Positions 35,452 to 46,960 of a stretch of DNA of 64,000 bases are shown here, piece by piece. The stretch is from Octopus sinensis (taxonomy: Eukaryota): contig NC_043007.1 of the NCBI RefSeq assembly GCF_006345805.1, positions 372,001 to 436,000 of the forward strand, written 5' to 3'. Each line of letters begins with the position of its first letter. The first letter of the stretch is position 1. Below the pieces are notes generated by a model. It was not told the origin of the DNA and did not search any database. It worked only from the letters and a program-made list of their open reading frames with translations. A program made the translations under genes and the position numbers.

Positions 35452-36528
35452 ATAAGGTGGGTGTTGGGGTCATTATAGAAAATGTTCCACTTTAATAAAG
35501 GGTTTCGGAATCTTGATCTCTGTTTTTAGTAAAAACGGAATTTCCCATGTCCGTTGACCAAAAAGATACTAATAATAATGATCCTTGAAAGCAGTGGTTG
35601 CTCCTTGTTGATGATGAAATTTTTCTAATGGGTCGCCACCCTTACATCATAGTAATCTGGCATTTGTTTCATCTCCAGAGTTTACGTCACGTGTTTTGCC
35701 TTGACCAATATGAAGCAGCTGTCTTCCCTCATTTTTTGTAGCGTCTAAATAATGTCACTTAAATTCAAAGTGTCTGAATCTCGGCTGCTAACTTACAGAT
35801 ATAAAATCCGTACAATATTATATGCGTTACTTTCCTAAGTCTCTCTATATATACACACACACAGACGCACCCCCACACATGCACATATATAGATATATAT
35901 AGATTATATAATGCACATATCTATATATACATATATATATATATAATAGTAATACTAAGCAATAAAGGGTTAGCAACGAATTGCCTTACCACTATACCGA
36001 ATTTAGAAATAAGCAGTCAAAGAGTATAGCTATTTCTTCTACTAAATAGGGAGATCTCAGTAAAAACAGCAATTGGAAGCAGACACAACAGTAAGAGAGA
36101 ATGATTGAGGCAATCTATCATACATTTTAAAGTTATCTACGGACTACGTTTCGAATCGTTTTTAGAAAGCATAAGATAAATAGTACATATTAATAATTCT
36201 ATCTTACCGAACTTTTTTCTCTTCAGCGGAGATACGATAATCATAAAGATTATATAAGATATAATATTATATATATAATATAATATATATATATAATTTA
36301 AACATCTATTATAATCTATAATGTATAATACTATATATATAATTCTTATAAATAACATATATATATAATAATAGAATATTATAATATATATATAATATAT
36401 ATATATAATAATATATATAATATATATATAATATATATATATATATAATAATGATATTATAATATATTATATAATAATATATAATATTAATATAATAATA
36501 TATATATATATAATATATATATATAATA

Positions 36529-36570
<42 letters not shown>

Positions 36571-38088
36571 ACAACACAGACGCACGTATATATCTATCCG
36601 CTTCTGAATCTCTGTGCATTTACATATCCCGTCTATATTTCGCTGTACATTATCTTAATTCTTTTATATGTCTATGAATGTCTTATGTGCGTGCCTTCGC
36701 GCATTTATCAATTAACAATGAAGAGCAAAAAAAAAAAAAAGCAGCCGCGGAAAGAAACAAAATACTTTGCATAACATAGCTTTGCCTGTGTTAGGCGAAA
36801 ATATAAGAGACAAGATAGAGAGCTTAGCCGACAAAGGAATGGAAAGAAGTTACGCTAATACTATTTTTGTCTCAGCGTTAACATCTCAAAGTCTTTTCAT
36901 CTATAAGACGATCGATCTAGATCTCTGTATAACAACAACAAGCAGGGATGTCGTGTAAGCACACGAAAGCATAATGTACAGGATAAACGGAAGGGTGGCA
37001 ATCGCAGTGATTGGAATAAAGGCAGAAGGATGTGTGGAAAGAGATGGGGGTATTTTTTTCTTTTTTGAAAGAATATGCTGAGGGCGGGTGGATGTTGTAC
37101 AGCCTACTGTATTTGATTTGATCGTTAATGTTCGACTTATCCGGGTTGTTATTGTTGAAGAGAAAGTTAAAGCAAATTGACAGAGAAGGAGCAAAACAAT
37201 ATGGAAGAATGATAGAGACGGTTGATGAAAAGACGAATTAGAATATAAGATAAAGGAGAGGAGGTAACGAATGTTTTCGAGATCGATATAGCGAAGATTA
37301 ACAAGTTTCTAGATGCTAGATGCGTGAGTGAATTTTATCATAGCAAATAAGTAAATAAGTAACAGGCACTCCCATTATTGAATCAAATCTAACCAATGGA
37401 AGCCATATTTTTTTAATTAAAATGAGGGAATGAATGGCTGGAAGAAAGTAGAAAAAAATAATTAAAACGGAATATAAGAGAGGAGAGATAGAACAAGGAA
37501 AACTTACGTATAGAGTGAATAATATCACATGGAAAATAGATGTTTAACAAAACGAAAGATTTCCCATCATGTTTAATGTAGCTAGGTTAACCTGCTGCAT
37601 GAGTAGATAATCTTGATTAAAATCTTGGATAGGATGAAATTACAGGTGTTTTTCATTACCTGACGTTCAAAACTATATAAATTTCGAAATTTCAAATGTC
37701 AGCCACTGAATTCGACTATACACAATACTACGGTGTATTTAATTTAAACTTCAGAACATTTCAAACTAGTTTTATCGAAGCCAATGTTTGATAGCATATC
37801 TTCTATATGATATCTCAATGTTATATATATATACTATATATATATATATATATGATATTATATATATATATATATATGTGTGTGTGGTATTGTGTGTATG
37901 TATGTATGTATGTATGTATGTATGTATGTATACGTACATATATATATTATTTATTTATATACGTATATACGTATATGCATATATACATATATACGTATAA
38001 ACATACATATACATATATATATCAGAATTTTTTACGTAATAAGATTAGAAAACCAAGGCTGTGTGGATATTAGAGCATTTATAGATAG

Positions 38089-38140
38089 GTCTTACATCTG
38101 TTTCTAGGATATCTATTAATTATATCCCTTCATCGGAGAC
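38089..38140 (-). ncRNA. Type I hammerhead motif, family G (CCGAUGA core)
   Basis: Minus strand reads GUCU-CCGAUGA-A-GGGAUAU-AAUUAAUAG-AUAUCCU-A-GAAA-CAGAUG-UA-AGAC. 4-bp stem I, 7-bp stem II, GUA triplet. Confidence 0.7.
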
Positions 38141-38488
38141 GGTGTGAGAGGATGGTTAAGTCATAGTTAGTTTCGATGTGATACAAAATAGAGAGTGAGG
38201 TGGAGGAAAGAAAATAGATGCAAGATATGTATGGATATTGAAGTTGTAACTCCATTTTTTTTAGACATAATGGTATATATGTAATATTCCAATATCCTAT
38301 GAGTAAAGTCCAAAAGTTCAACAGAGGTTTAAATGGGTCCTTCCAAATATAGAGCTTATAAGCAATGTAAGATTCCCTTATAAGTGAGATCCAGCAGATT
38401 TTTAAACTTGGCCATTGTCAGTAGAGAATTTATATACAATGTTGCAGAGTCAAAGATTAGTATTTAAAGTGATCTAAAAATATTCTAG

Positions 38489-38538
38489 CAAAAACAGTCC
38501 GACGAACGGCAACGTGAAACTCAGAGTAACAGGTTTTG
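38489..38538 (+). ncRNA. Type I hammerhead motif, family E copy 2 (CCGACGA core)
   Basis: CAAAAACAGU-CCGACGA-ACG-GCAA-CGU-GAAA-CUCAGAG-UA-ACAGGUUUUG. Stem I pairs at 8/10, GNRA-capped stem II, predicted cut after 38528. Confidence 0.7.
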
Positions 38539-38641
38539 TTGAATTTTCTGCTGCTTTAAATAAAGCATATTACTCTACCACTGGTATTTGAGTACTCTTT
38601 TTTTCCACCTTGTTTCACATTTATGTGTTTACTCCGGTATA

Positions 38642-38677
<36 letters not shown>

Positions 38678-38979
38678 TGTATGTATGTATAATGCATATG
38701 TACATATATATATATATTTATATATGTGTATATATGTATGTATATATATATGTATGTGCAGATATATGTATGTGTGTGTGCGTCTTTGTACCCCTTCCAT
38801 CACTTGGCAACCGATGTTGCGTTGTTGTCGTCCCCGTAACTTAGCTGTTTGGCAAAACACTCCTATAGAACAAGTACTAGGCTTACAAAGAACAAGACGG
38901 CAGTCATATGACCGAAACAAGTAAAACAATAAATGACTGTGCCATTTTAATCCCGTGCAACGCCGGGTTCTCTGTTGGC

Positions 38980-39039
<60 letters not shown>

Positions 39040-39065
39040 TTGTGTGTGTGTGTGCCTGTGTGTGA

Positions 39066-39266
39066 CCGTGTGTACCGTTGGCGATTTTTTTCCTCCGTCT
39101 TCCCTTCTCTGGATCTTTCCCTTTCCTATGTTTCTGACGAAGAGCTCCGCTCGAAACGTTAAACCCTCCTTCTTCCCTTCCTTCCTGAGCATCCAATAAT
39201 ACTATATTTGTTCCACGTCCTCGCGTTGTTGTGTTTTCTCTTTGTGTTTTCATGTTTGGATTAACT
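39066..39266 (+). mobile_element. Penelope-like tail fragment, family A (copy 2)
   Basis: Matches 28150-28348 and contains an intact minimal hammerhead. Confidence 0.6.
39130..39164 (+). ncRNA. Minimal type I hammerhead, family A copy 2
   Basis: GUUU-CUGACGA-A-GAGC-UCC-GCUC-GAAA-CG-UU-AAAC. 4-bp stems I and II, palindromic ACGU stem III, GUU triplet, predicted cut after 39160. Confidence 0.7.
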
Positions 39267-39282
39267 ATATATATATATATAT

Positions 39283-39512
39283 TTCTTTACTACCCACAAG
39301 GGGCTAAACACAGAGGGGACAAACAAGGACAGACAAACGGATTAAGTCGATTACATCGACCCCAATGCGCAACTGGTACTTAATTTATCGACCCCGAGAG
39401 GATGAAAGGCTAAGCCGACCTCGGCGGAATTTGAACCCAGGACGTAGCGGTAGACGAAATACGGCTACGCATTTCGCCCGACGTTCTAACGATTCTACCA
39501 GCTCGCCGCCTT
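39283..39512 (-). mobile_element. SINE family S2, full length
   Basis: Reverse complement of tail, central motif and head. Confidence 0.88.
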
Positions 39513-39639
<127 letters not shown>

Positions 39640-39675
39640 AATTGATCAAAATAAAAACATGATGCCAAGGATTCA

Positions 39676-39753
39676 GCGGTACATATGTTTCGGGCCTTTA
39701 TTAGACAGATTTATAACAATGCATAATGTATGTCTGTGGCCTTCTTCAGCCGC
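39676..39753 (-). ncRNA. Type I hammerhead ribozyme, element D left arm
   Basis: Exact reverse complement of 41715-41792. Confidence 0.75.
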
Positions 39754-41714
39754 GCACACAGCTTCCACAAGGACATGTGTTACATCAAAAATTCTTGGTT
39801 GGGGATGCAAATCCTCTCATTCGCGTACGACATAATGCGGCAACAGCATAGAATTGAAGCGTCCATCTCTTTCTTCTCTCAATGTAGAATGAGGAAATTG
39901 GATGTTGAAGTAATGTAAATAAATAAATACATATATAGACGTGAAGATGGAGGGGCGAGAATTCAGGACGAGGGATAAAAAATGTATAAAAAGTGTAAGT
40001 ATAGAAAAATATAAAAATGTAGAGTATAAAGATATAAAGGGATATAAGGAGATGTAAAGCGGATATAAAGAATATAAAGAAATATAAAGAAATATAAATG
40101 AATGTAAAGGCATAAGGTTATAAAGTAAAAATAGAAATAGAAATAAAAGTAAAAAGTAAAAAAATAAAAATAGGAATAAACATGATAAAAATGTAAAAAA
40201 ATATAAAGATAAGGGATGTATAGAGGTTACGGACCAAACATGGTGGTCAGGAGATTGATAAAATTTAGTTGTAGAAGTTTTGGGTGTCAATAAATCAACA
40301 GGGTCGTCTGGGGACCTAGTGTGTTGTAAATCAGAGCTTTTGAGCGTTTAATCTAGTTCTTTGAATTAATTGGTCATCTTGTACATACATACATACCATC
40401 ATGGATACATACACCCATATACACGCGCACATATACGCGCGCATACACGGCTCCAAGCCTATAAGCATACACACGCACTCACGTGTAAACATGTACATAA
40501 ACACACATACACCCACACGCACGCGCGTGTGTACATATGTGTACATATGTACGAGTAAATATCTACGTCTGGATGTGCATACCCCGTATTTCTTTACATT
40601 TTTTTACATGTTTTCTTATATTCATATGTTTACACCTATTTGTATACATCTTTTAATATCTTATAGCTATACCCATATGCGCGTATGTCTCTGTGTGTGT
40701 GTGTAAGTGTATATGTGCACGCACATATGGACACACAGCCGTGTGTGCGTGCACGTGTAGACGTGAGTGCGTGATTCTTTACATACGTTCTTATATACAT
40801 CCTTTAATATCTTATATCTAAACCTGGAAGCGTGGGCATATGTGTATGTGTATGTAAGGATGGACGCATGTATGTATATATGGGTGTGTACACGTATAAT
40901 GTCCGTGTATATATGCGGATATTCTGTTGTATGTATGTATATATACGCGCGTGCGTGTGGGTGTATGTGTGTTTATGTACATGTTTACACGTGAGTGCGT
41001 GTGTATGCTTATAGGCTTGGAGCCGTGTATGCGCGCGTATATGTGCGCGTGTATATGGGTGTATGTATCCATGATGGTATGTATGTATGTACAAGATGAC
41101 CAATTAATTCAAAGAACTAGATTAAACGCTCAAAAGCTCTGATTTACAACACACTAGGTCCCCAGACGACCCTGTTGATTTATTGACACCCAAAACTTCT
41201 ACAACTAAATTTTATCAATCTCCTGACCACCATGTTGGTCCGTAACCTCTATACATCCCTTATCTTTATATTTTTTTACATTTTATCATGTTTATTCCTA
41301 TTTTTATTTTTTTACTTTTTACTTTTATTTCTATTTCTATTTTTACTTTATAACCTTATGCCTTTACATTCATTATATTTCTTATATTTCTTTATATTCT
41401 TTATCCCCTTTACATTTCCTTATATCCCTTTATATCTTTATACTCTACATTTTATATTTTTCTATACTTACACTTTTTATACATTTTTTATCCCTCGTCC
41501 TGAATTCTCGCCCCTCCATCTTCACGTCTATATATGTATTTATTTATTTACATTACTTCAACATCCAAATTTCCTCATTCTACATTGAGAGAAGAAAGAG
41601 ATGGACGCTTCAATTCTATGCTGTTGCCGCATTATGTCGTACGCGAATGAGAGGATTTGCATCTCCAACCAAGAATTTTTGATGTAACACATGTCCTTGT
41701 GGAAGCTGTTGTGC

Positions 41715-41792
41715 GCGGCTGAAGAAGGCCACAGACATACATTATGCATTGTTATAAATCTGTCTAATAAAGGCCCGAAACATATGTACCGC
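41715..41792 (+). ncRNA. Type I hammerhead ribozyme, element D right arm
   Basis: GCGG-CUGAAGA-A-GGCC-[long insert with ACAGA/UCUGU helix]-GGCC-C-GAAA-CAUAUG-UA-CCGC. Palindromic stem III ACAUAUGU, predicted cut after 41788. Confidence 0.75.
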
Positions 41793-42989
41793 TGAATCCT
41801 TGGCATCATGTTTTTATTTTGATCAATTTACTCCACCACCTACACCACCAAACGGTATACACAGGTGCTTATAATTATCAAGTACTCACCCCGAATTTCT
41901 ATATATATATACATACATATATGTGCGTGTGTGTCTGTGTGTGTATCTGTACACATATAATGGCGGAATATCTCGTAATACATACATACATACAAACAAA
42001 TATACATTCATACATAAATATACACATAGTAAGATGAGTTCAATGTCTCACAGTGGCTTGCGGTGTCTTTATAATTTATCGTACCTAGTACACAATATGT
42101 ACCCATTGTGCATATTACACACAAACGCACACACACACGCAATCATGCATTCACACACGAGTGTGTTTGCGAGTGTATTTGTATACAGAAACACACAAAC
42201 ACACACATGTACACATACACTCTTCTTACACACACAGACATACAGATATATATATACACACACATATAAACTAGTACCCGATTTACCAATATATGACTAT
42301 TAGTTTGCTCTTCGGGTTAGTTAATTATTTATATCGATTTCATCTTGAGGCAAAAAAGGCATCTGAAATGCTAAATTGTGACGTCATGTCTTTCATCGCG
42401 GGTGGTAACAGCGTAAGTAACGGAAATTTGGTAGTACGTCACAGCACCAGTTCACCGGAAGACCATCTCTCTACACATCTAATTCGTAATATCGATTTTT
42501 CATGCAGACTTTAGATGTAAATAGGGAAATGAGATTGTGTAACGATAAAGTAATTGTTTTTTTAAATTAATTATTAGTGTCGCGAACGTAAACGGAGTAG
42601 TTTTAAATGGGGGGGACCAAAGTGAAACCAGAATGCTAGTTTGTGTCCCTCAGCCTTTCGTATGCCTGAAATCTATGACGCAGGATGGCATTGTCTAATG
42701 GTAGTTGCTTTTGGTTAAAAGTGAAGTTTTGTTTTGTTTTGTTTTAAGTAAGATGTGTATTGGTATGAGTTAATTCTGCCATGAAACAACTCTTTACTTT
42801 TACCATTCCTTGGGAAATTAAAAGCCAACAGTCATTGTAAGAGGAAGTTAAACTTTAAAAATATTACGAAGCAATGTGATGCTAAAAATAAACAGAAATA
42901 AAACAGCGCTGTTCATTAGTTGGTTTGATGATTAATATTAGAGAGAGAGAAAGAATGATGTAGAGAGGAAGATTAAGAGATACAGAGAG

Positions 42990-43320
42990 AAAGAGAGAGG
43001 GAGAGGAAGTAAGAGTTAGATGAAGAGTTAAGGAGGAAAAGAAAGCGATAGAGAGACAGAGATAGAAAGAGAGGGAAAGAACGATAGAGTTAAAAAGATA
43101 GAAAGAAAATGAAAGAGAGAGAGAGAGAGATAAAGAAATAGAGAGATAAAGAGATAGAAAGATAACGAAATAGAGCGGAAAATAAAGAGATAGAAAGATA
43201 AAGAAAGAGAGAAAAACAAATGGAGAGGGAGAAGAAAGAGATGAGGAGATAGAGAGAGAAAGAGATGAGGAGATAGAGAGAAAGAGATGAGGAGATATAT
43301 AGAGAAAGAGATAGTGGGAA
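42990..43320. repeat. AG-rich polypurine tract
   Basis: Directly visible. Includes three repeats of an AAAGAGATGAGGAGATA-containing unit. Confidence 0.85.
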
Positions 43321-44054
43321 ACAGCCGTTGGTGAAAGCTATTTAAAATTCACGGCAAACAATGAAAGGAATTTTGATAACCAGAGAATGCCGGAGCAAAT
43401 ACAATTAGAATTTAATCCAAAGTGTTTTTGCTGTATATTACGGCTGAATGTAGAGGTAAGTTGGTCGAAAATAAATAGCAGTTGGTAGTCTGTTTATTTT
43501 CTATTCGCTGTTGGTTTAACTAACAAATTTGAATTCCGGAACAATTCCTTGGTTTTCTGTATTTCACTAATATACATATGTCAATATGTATGGATATTGT
43601 TTTCAACGTACGACTGTAATTACGGCTAATTAGTTACATATGCAATGTTTCCATGTTTCCAATAATCTCATTTACTATTTTTAAGTATGTATTAGTTGGA
43701 ATTTGAAAGTACCAAAAACAAACAGAAATTGAAAAGAACAAAAAAAAAAACACGACGTGAAATGAAAACAGGAAAACAAGAAAATATATTTTTCTCAGCT
43801 CAATATCTTGATTATTTTCTAGTTTTCTACAGTAGACTGCATCATAGATATTTGTGTTTTCTAAAAGGAATCCAAACCATAGCTCTAGCTTGGTATCTTT
43901 GCTATATAACACTCCTGCATCCCTCGAGCGATCTTTGCTGGCGGTAGTATCATCATTAAATATAGATAAAGGGGAGTGGACTGGCAAAATTGTTTAAGTA
44001 ACGAGTTAAATGAGTTACCGTATTGATTCCTTTTCTATATTCCTTAAATTCCTT

Positions 44055-44357
44055 AAAAATGTTTCAGCCCGAAGGCTGCGGCCATGCTGGGGCACCACCG
44101 TTGAATGAGGTACATTAGTATGTGAAACCACCTCTGATATGTGAAACTTGATCAACAAAGGAGTTTGATGCCGCTGCCCGCATCTGTGTTTCCTGCCGAG
44201 AGGTAGGCTCATCTGGAACCCCCGACAAGAAGAGATCCAGTTTAGTTTTAAAGAAACCCACATCCACCACCATGCAAGTCTCTCAGGCATTTAGGAAGGA
44301 CATTGAAGAGCTGTGGTCTTCTGAAACCCAAACTGTTGCAGTATCTGGTCCTGTATT
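44055..44357 (-). mobile_element. 3' end of a CR1/L2-group LINE
   Basis: Minus strand encodes YCNSLGFRRPQLFNVLPKCLRDL...FKTKLDLFLSGVPDEPTSRQETQMRAAASNS, homologous to 55790-55990. It ends in the tail GGTGGTGCCCCAGCATGGCCGCAGCCTTCGGGCTGAAACAT. Confidence 0.8.
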
Positions 44358-44397
44358 TTGATATATATATTTATTTATTTATTTATTTTATAGAAGG

Positions 44398-44448
44398 AGC
44401 TTCTACAGGACTAGAACTGTTTCATTCAAATGAAATCATCAGGAAGCT
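44398..44448 (-). ncRNA. Type I hammerhead ribozyme, element C (all three stems)
   Basis: Minus strand reads AGCUUC-CUGAUGA-U-UUC-AUUU-GAA-U-GAAA-CAG-UUCUAGUC-CUG-UA-GAAGCU. 6-bp stem I, 4-bp stem III, U-U at 10.1/11.1, predicted cut between 44404 and 44403. Confidence 0.8.
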
Positions 44449-44634
44449 TGGCGTCAAGAATAGTTTTGGCATTTATACATTTAGGCAGATTTTATGGGGG
44501 GGGGGACTATATATATATGTATATATATATATATATATATACCAACAATTGAGGGTAAAATTAATTAATTAATCAATTTCACCAAGTGTTCAGTATGTAA
44601 AAGGACCATTTAAGGCGAATTCAAAATATTACAT

Positions 44635-45062
44635 TATATAATTAGGGCTTAGTAAAATAAATTACTTTGCCACATACTGAACTTAGTAGAAATAGCAGCC
44701 AAAAAAATTTTCTTAGCAATTCTACTACTTAAAGAAAATTTCTCTCAGATAATGTTTACTCCAGACAGCTCACGAAGGTTTGGGGGTAAATACAGAAAAA
44801 TATCACAAGTACATAGATCATTGAGTACGTCAACGTTTCAAGATTAGCCAAATAAATTTGCTAATCTTGAAACGTTGACGTACTCAAATGATCTATGTAC
44901 TTGTGATATTTTTCTGTATTTACCCCAACCTTCGTGAGCTGTCTGGAGTAAACATTATCTGAGAGAAATTTTCTTTACGTAGTAGAAATGCTAAGAAAAT
45001 TTTTTTGGCTGCTATTTCTACTAAGTTCCGTATGTGGCAAAGTAATTTATTTTACTAAGCCC

Positions 45063-45072
<10 letters not shown>
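44635..45072. repeat. ~435-bp fold-back palindrome (arms ~215 bp, loop of at most 11 nt at 44849-44859)
   Basis: AATTAGGGCTTAGTAAAATAAATTAC...AGATTAGC is mirrored by GCTAATCT...GTAATTTATTTTACTAAGCCCTAATT, with roughly 6-7 differences. Confidence 0.92.
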
Positions 45073-45093
<21 letters not shown>

Positions 45094-45430
45094 TCTGTAT
45101 TCGAATCTTCTGAAATCTGGGTTCAAAGGAAGACTTTGTCTTTCAACCATCTGGATACAAGAAAAACACATAACAATCGAATACTGAGGCCGGTGTAATC
45201 CAAGAATCTATTCACATGAATTTTAGAGCTCCAGCGTATGTTAGACACAATAATTTTGCCAGCAGGTTTTTGAGAAGGGGTAAAGTCGATTACACTGACC
45301 GCTAGTACAAATTTTATCAATCCCGAAGGGATTAAAGGCAATGTTGATATCGGCGGAATATGAACTGAGAAAGAAAGGACGGGCGAAATACCATTAAGCA
45401 TTTTCTCCCGCGTGATCACGATTCTGCTAG

Positions 45431-45500
45431 TGGTTTCACATACTAATGTACCTCATTCAGCGGTGGTGCCCCAGCATGGCCGCAGCCTTCGGGCTGAAAC

Positions 45501-45502
<2 letters not shown>
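45431..45502 (+). mobile_element. 72-bp extreme 3' tail of the CR1/L2-group LINE, followed by (AAT)n
   Basis: 71/72 identical to the reverse complement of 44059-44130. It abuts a diverged minus-strand S2 SINE (~45262-45430). Confidence 0.8.
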
Positions 45503-45550
<48 letters not shown>

Positions 45551-46201
45551 AAATAATGCTTCTTCCTCTTTTCATTCTCTTGCAAAAATGGGAGAAATAT
45601 TTAATACAACATTCACTAATAATTTAATAAAGGAAATCAAAGGCAAACATATGTTTCCATATCTATCTATCTGTCTATACATACATACATACATATATAT
45701 ATACACGCATACATAATACATATATATATATATATACAAAAAGCAAAAGACGAAGATGGATGTGTAAATAACAAACAGATGTTTTAGTTTAACGCTCGAA
45801 TACAGCAGGCAAATGGGTTCTCTGTTATTACTATAAATGAAAAGTGGGTGGGACCACAAATTGTCAATCACCAACAGGTTGTATTCCCATTCATTTTACA
45901 TTTCTGGGATGTTGGTACTTCTGAACAGACGTTTCACTTGCCATCATAATTATTGAATTGCTTTCCATTTAAATAATGTTGCAATGAAAGGAAAAAGATG
46001 ATAATCAACGGGGAATTAAGAAGGTTGAGGCAAAATTTCCTCATTTAGAGTCATACTATTTTCCTGAGTGATTCAAGCGATGTGTGGTTTTGCATCATCG
46101 TCTAAGAACCACACCTCTTAACGTTTAAGAAATGATGGGCTATTTTTCTACAATGTCTCCTATTGATAGCAATACTCTTTCTAGTTAACCGTTTCTTTTT
46201 C

Positions 46202-46435
46202 GTTGGCGAGCTGGCAGAAACGTTAGCACGCCGGGCGAAATGCGTAGCCGTATTTCGTCTGCCGTTACGTTCTGTGTTCAAATTCCGCCGAGGGCGACTT
46301 TGCCTTTCATCCTTTCCGGGTCGATGAATTAAGTACCAGTTACGCACTGGGGTCGATGTGATCGACTTAATCCGTTTGTCTGTTCTTTTTTGTCCTCTCT
46401 GTGTTTAGCCCCTTGTGGGTAGTAAAGAAACAGGT
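46202..46435 (+). mobile_element. SINE family S2, full length
   Basis: Head, B-box, central motif and tail. Confidence 0.88.
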
Positions 46436-46554
46436 TTAATGATTCATGATAAACGATATCTTTCATATTTCACAAAACACACAGCTTTACAATTAAGGGC
46501 AAAGCCTTGGCTTGCTAACTGAATCTCCATTTTTATTGGGAGCTAGCCATTGTA

Positions 46555-46960
46555 GATTTCGTTGGGTGTGATTATGGAAGAATCCTCTTTACAGCAGTTA
46601 TGATTCTACCCAGGAAAGATTTGTTAGGAAGTTGTCTCTTCAATGATGAGCAAGGCGTGACTTTGATTCAGCTGAGAAACAGGCTCTTAATGGCTGACTC
46701 TCTTCCATCGACTGGATTTAGACAATTTTCCTTTTCTTGTTCATGAAGTGTAGCTTTAATTGAACTGTTTTGTTAATTCCGTGCAATTTGCTTTGGATTC
46801 TTCCCAACTACGATTTTCAGAAGATCAATATTGATAGAATATGGTCGTCCAGATAGGAAATGGCGAGTGAGAGAAAAATTTCCTGAGCGGAGGAAAGCAA
46901 ACCATCGTTGGTATGTCCGAACCCTTAAAGTTTCAATTCCATAATAAAGTAAATATTTCT
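46555..46960 (-). mobile_element. Decayed mariner (DD34D-type) transposase remnant
   Basis: Minus-strand fragments YQRWFAFLRSGNFSL...SGRPYSINIDLLKIVVGKNP and CSSLKRQLPNKSFLGRIITA resemble the mariner HTH and first catalytic motif region. Confidence 0.65.

Noticed and set aside
36140-36175. Minus-strand CGAAACGUA motif in a Penelope-like context (similar case at ~37750-37790)
   Set aside because: Core too degenerate (CUAAAAA) and stems do not close.
42341-42420. 63-nt in-frame candidate exon AKKASEMLNCDVMSFIAGGNS ending at GTAAGT
   Set aside because: The acceptor is GAG with a weak pyrimidine tract, and there is no homology.
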